Virus genome (UHGV): UHGV-0211441
Reading direction: 5' to 3' (one strand)
Source: a virus
DNA: 35,609 bases
The notes under the pieces are model-generated. The model made no database searches. It was given only the letters and a program-made list of their open reading frames with translations, and had not been told where the DNA came from. The stretch's first letter is position 1; every line of letters starts with the position of its first letter. The position numbers and the translations under genes are program-made. Positions 34,640 to 35,609 of the stretch are shown piece by piece.

Positions 34640-35308
34640 ATGACCACAAATTTAAATTACCCAAAACCAGTTAATCCGGATGATGGCTGCAACTGGTTAC
34701 CCGTTATTTTATGGCGCATGAACGCCGGCGCCCGCGCGCGTAGTCGTTCTGTATTTGTTGCCGCACCGCGACCAGAACCAGTGCCGGGGATTACTCCGCA
34801 AAAGCCAATTAAACGCGAAGCGCCGCTGCCAGCAGTTTCAGGCCGTCGCCGTAAAACCCATCTCGGTACCGTGATTTATTCCAAAGGCGAAAAAACCGTG
34901 CGCCTGAGCGAAGGTGTCACCGTCTGGTCTGCCGGCGCTAATGAGCATTTCGACAAAAAGACCGGTCAGCGTGTCGGCGGTGCTGGCCGTCATCGCCTGG
35001 TACTCGACAGCGTTCGTCCACTGCTTGCCAGCGACGATCAACCGGGCGCCGGGAAAGTTACCGCGCAGCAGCTGGTTGCCGTGATGAAAGGTAAAACTCT
35101 TTCTTATCAGACCATTCTCGCCCAGCTACAGAAACACTATCCAGAATGCCAGGTAACGATTAAAGAAATTCAGGATCGCGTATTCAGCATGTTCAATTCG
35201 AATTATGTCGGTATCACTCGGCATGACGATACGCCGGTAGTTCATTTCACGCTTAACAGCGTGGATCCCCGTTATTACGTCGAGTCAGCGAAAAACAAGA
35301 GGGTTTAA
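34640..35308 (+). CDS. Hypothetical protein (222 aa), nin-like region
   Basis: CGAGGAAAGACCAATG cassette. No family recognised. Confidence 0.5.
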   Translation: MTTNLNYPKPVNPDDGCNWLPVILWRMNAGARARSRSVFVAAPRPEPVPGITPQKPIKREAPLPAVSGRRRKTHLGTVIYSKGEKTVRLSEGVTVWSAGANEHFDKKTGQRVGGAGRHRLVLDSVRPLLASDDQPGAGKVTAQQLVAVMKGKTLSYQTILAQLQKHYPECQVTIKEIQDRVFSMFNSNYVGITRHDDTPVVHFTLNSVDPRYYVESAKNKRV

Positions 35309-35311
35309 GGC

Positions 35312-35545
35312 ATGGCCGGGCAATCAGATTACCTGCCGCCCGGCCTACCGCTCAATCGCGCCAAATGGCCGCAGGAGTACCAGCTCAAAGAGCACTACGA
35401 CATGCGCGCCTCGGCACTCATACGACAGCTGTTTGAGAAGAAAGTCACTCGACAGGTCATCGTAGAGCAGATTGCAGCGACGCCGGAAAGCTACCGGGAG
35501 TTTTTCAAAGAGCGGTTAAATTTTTGGCGGGAGAAACGAACATGA
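35312..35545 (+). CDS. Hypothetical small protein (77 aa)
   Basis: ORF with a start 4 nt after the upstream stop. Confidence 0.4.
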   Translation: MAGQSDYLPPGLPLNRAKWPQEYQLKEHYDMRASALIRQLFEKKVTRQVIVEQIAATPESYREFFKERLNFWREKRT

Positions 35546-35609
35546 AGCGATTTTTTAAACCAGACCTGGAACATTCAAGCCGTCGCACGCTGCTGCTTTT
35601 CGCGCTGGC
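35541..35609 (+). CDS. 5' fragment of an ORF truncated by the window end (MKRFFKPDLEHSSRRTLLLFALA...), in frame with the ORF at position 1
   Basis: ATGA overlap with the upstream gene. 23 codons, then the window ends. Confidence 0.3.

Larger units (their letters stand above)
1..35609. mobile_element. Temperate podovirus-like phage genome (T7-like virion module plus lambdoid immunity/replication/integration modules), circularly permuted with attP-like site internal to the window
   Basis: Gene order is nin-like -> structural -> lysis -> tRNA-fragment att core -> int/xis -> early left -> cI/cro -> replication. Window-edge ORFs are in frame with each other. GC is uniform (~56%) except for AT-rich inserts. 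Confidence 0.7.

Overview
This 35.6-kb window reads as a near-complete temperate phage genome in circularly permuted, replicative-form order. The virion module is T7-like (podovirus): gp7.3-like protein, portal, scaffold, major capsid, tail tubular proteins A/B, internal virion/ejection proteins including one with a lytic-transglycosylase domain, small and large terminase, and a tailspike with a T7 gp17-like N-terminal adaptor. No phage RNA polymerase is present. The module sits in a lambdoid-style temperate backbone. After the late region comes a phage-21-type lysis cassette (pinholin, SAR endolysin, Rz/Rz1), then an attP-like site carrying the 3' ~56 nt of a tRNA-Leu (leuX-like), then a lambda-family integrase and excisionase. 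A leftward early operon follows (Gp157-like protein, a 714-aa Rad52-like annealing protein, small ORFs), then the immunity region (cI-like repressor without a peptidase domain, divergent pL/pR promoters, Cro, a CII/YdaT-like protein). The replication module (O-like initiator with internal iterons, DnaB helicase) and a nin-like region (MT-A70 Dam methylase, DUF1367, HNH/DUF968) complete the circle. Both window edges cut ORFs that are in the same frame, consistent with a circular molecule. Gene symbols are left empty throughout because no standard locus symbols apply.

Five things stand out.
- A ~1.9-kb AT-rich insert (about 38% GC against about 56% elsewhere) lies between the methylase and the nin-like genes. 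It encodes an AAA_21/ABC-type ATPase and a small Toprim-like (DUF4276/RloB-like) partner, a split OLD/AbiL/PARIS-like candidate abortive-infection module.
- A 16-20-bp hairpin motif (A/G)GTC(A/G)GGATTCCGACC occurs four times at late-module boundaries.
- An identical translation-initiation cassette CGAGGAAAGACC(A)ATG is used by at least 8 genes. Degenerate ATG-less copies are stacked in the pL leader next to a 24-codon uORF and terminators.
- Three moron-like insertions sit in the structural operon: a two-gene cassette with its own terminator between scaffold and capsid, a GNAT acetyltransferase, and an antisense AT-rich secreted-protein gene.
- Two identical 18-bp dyad elements flank the early region about 4.7 kb apart.
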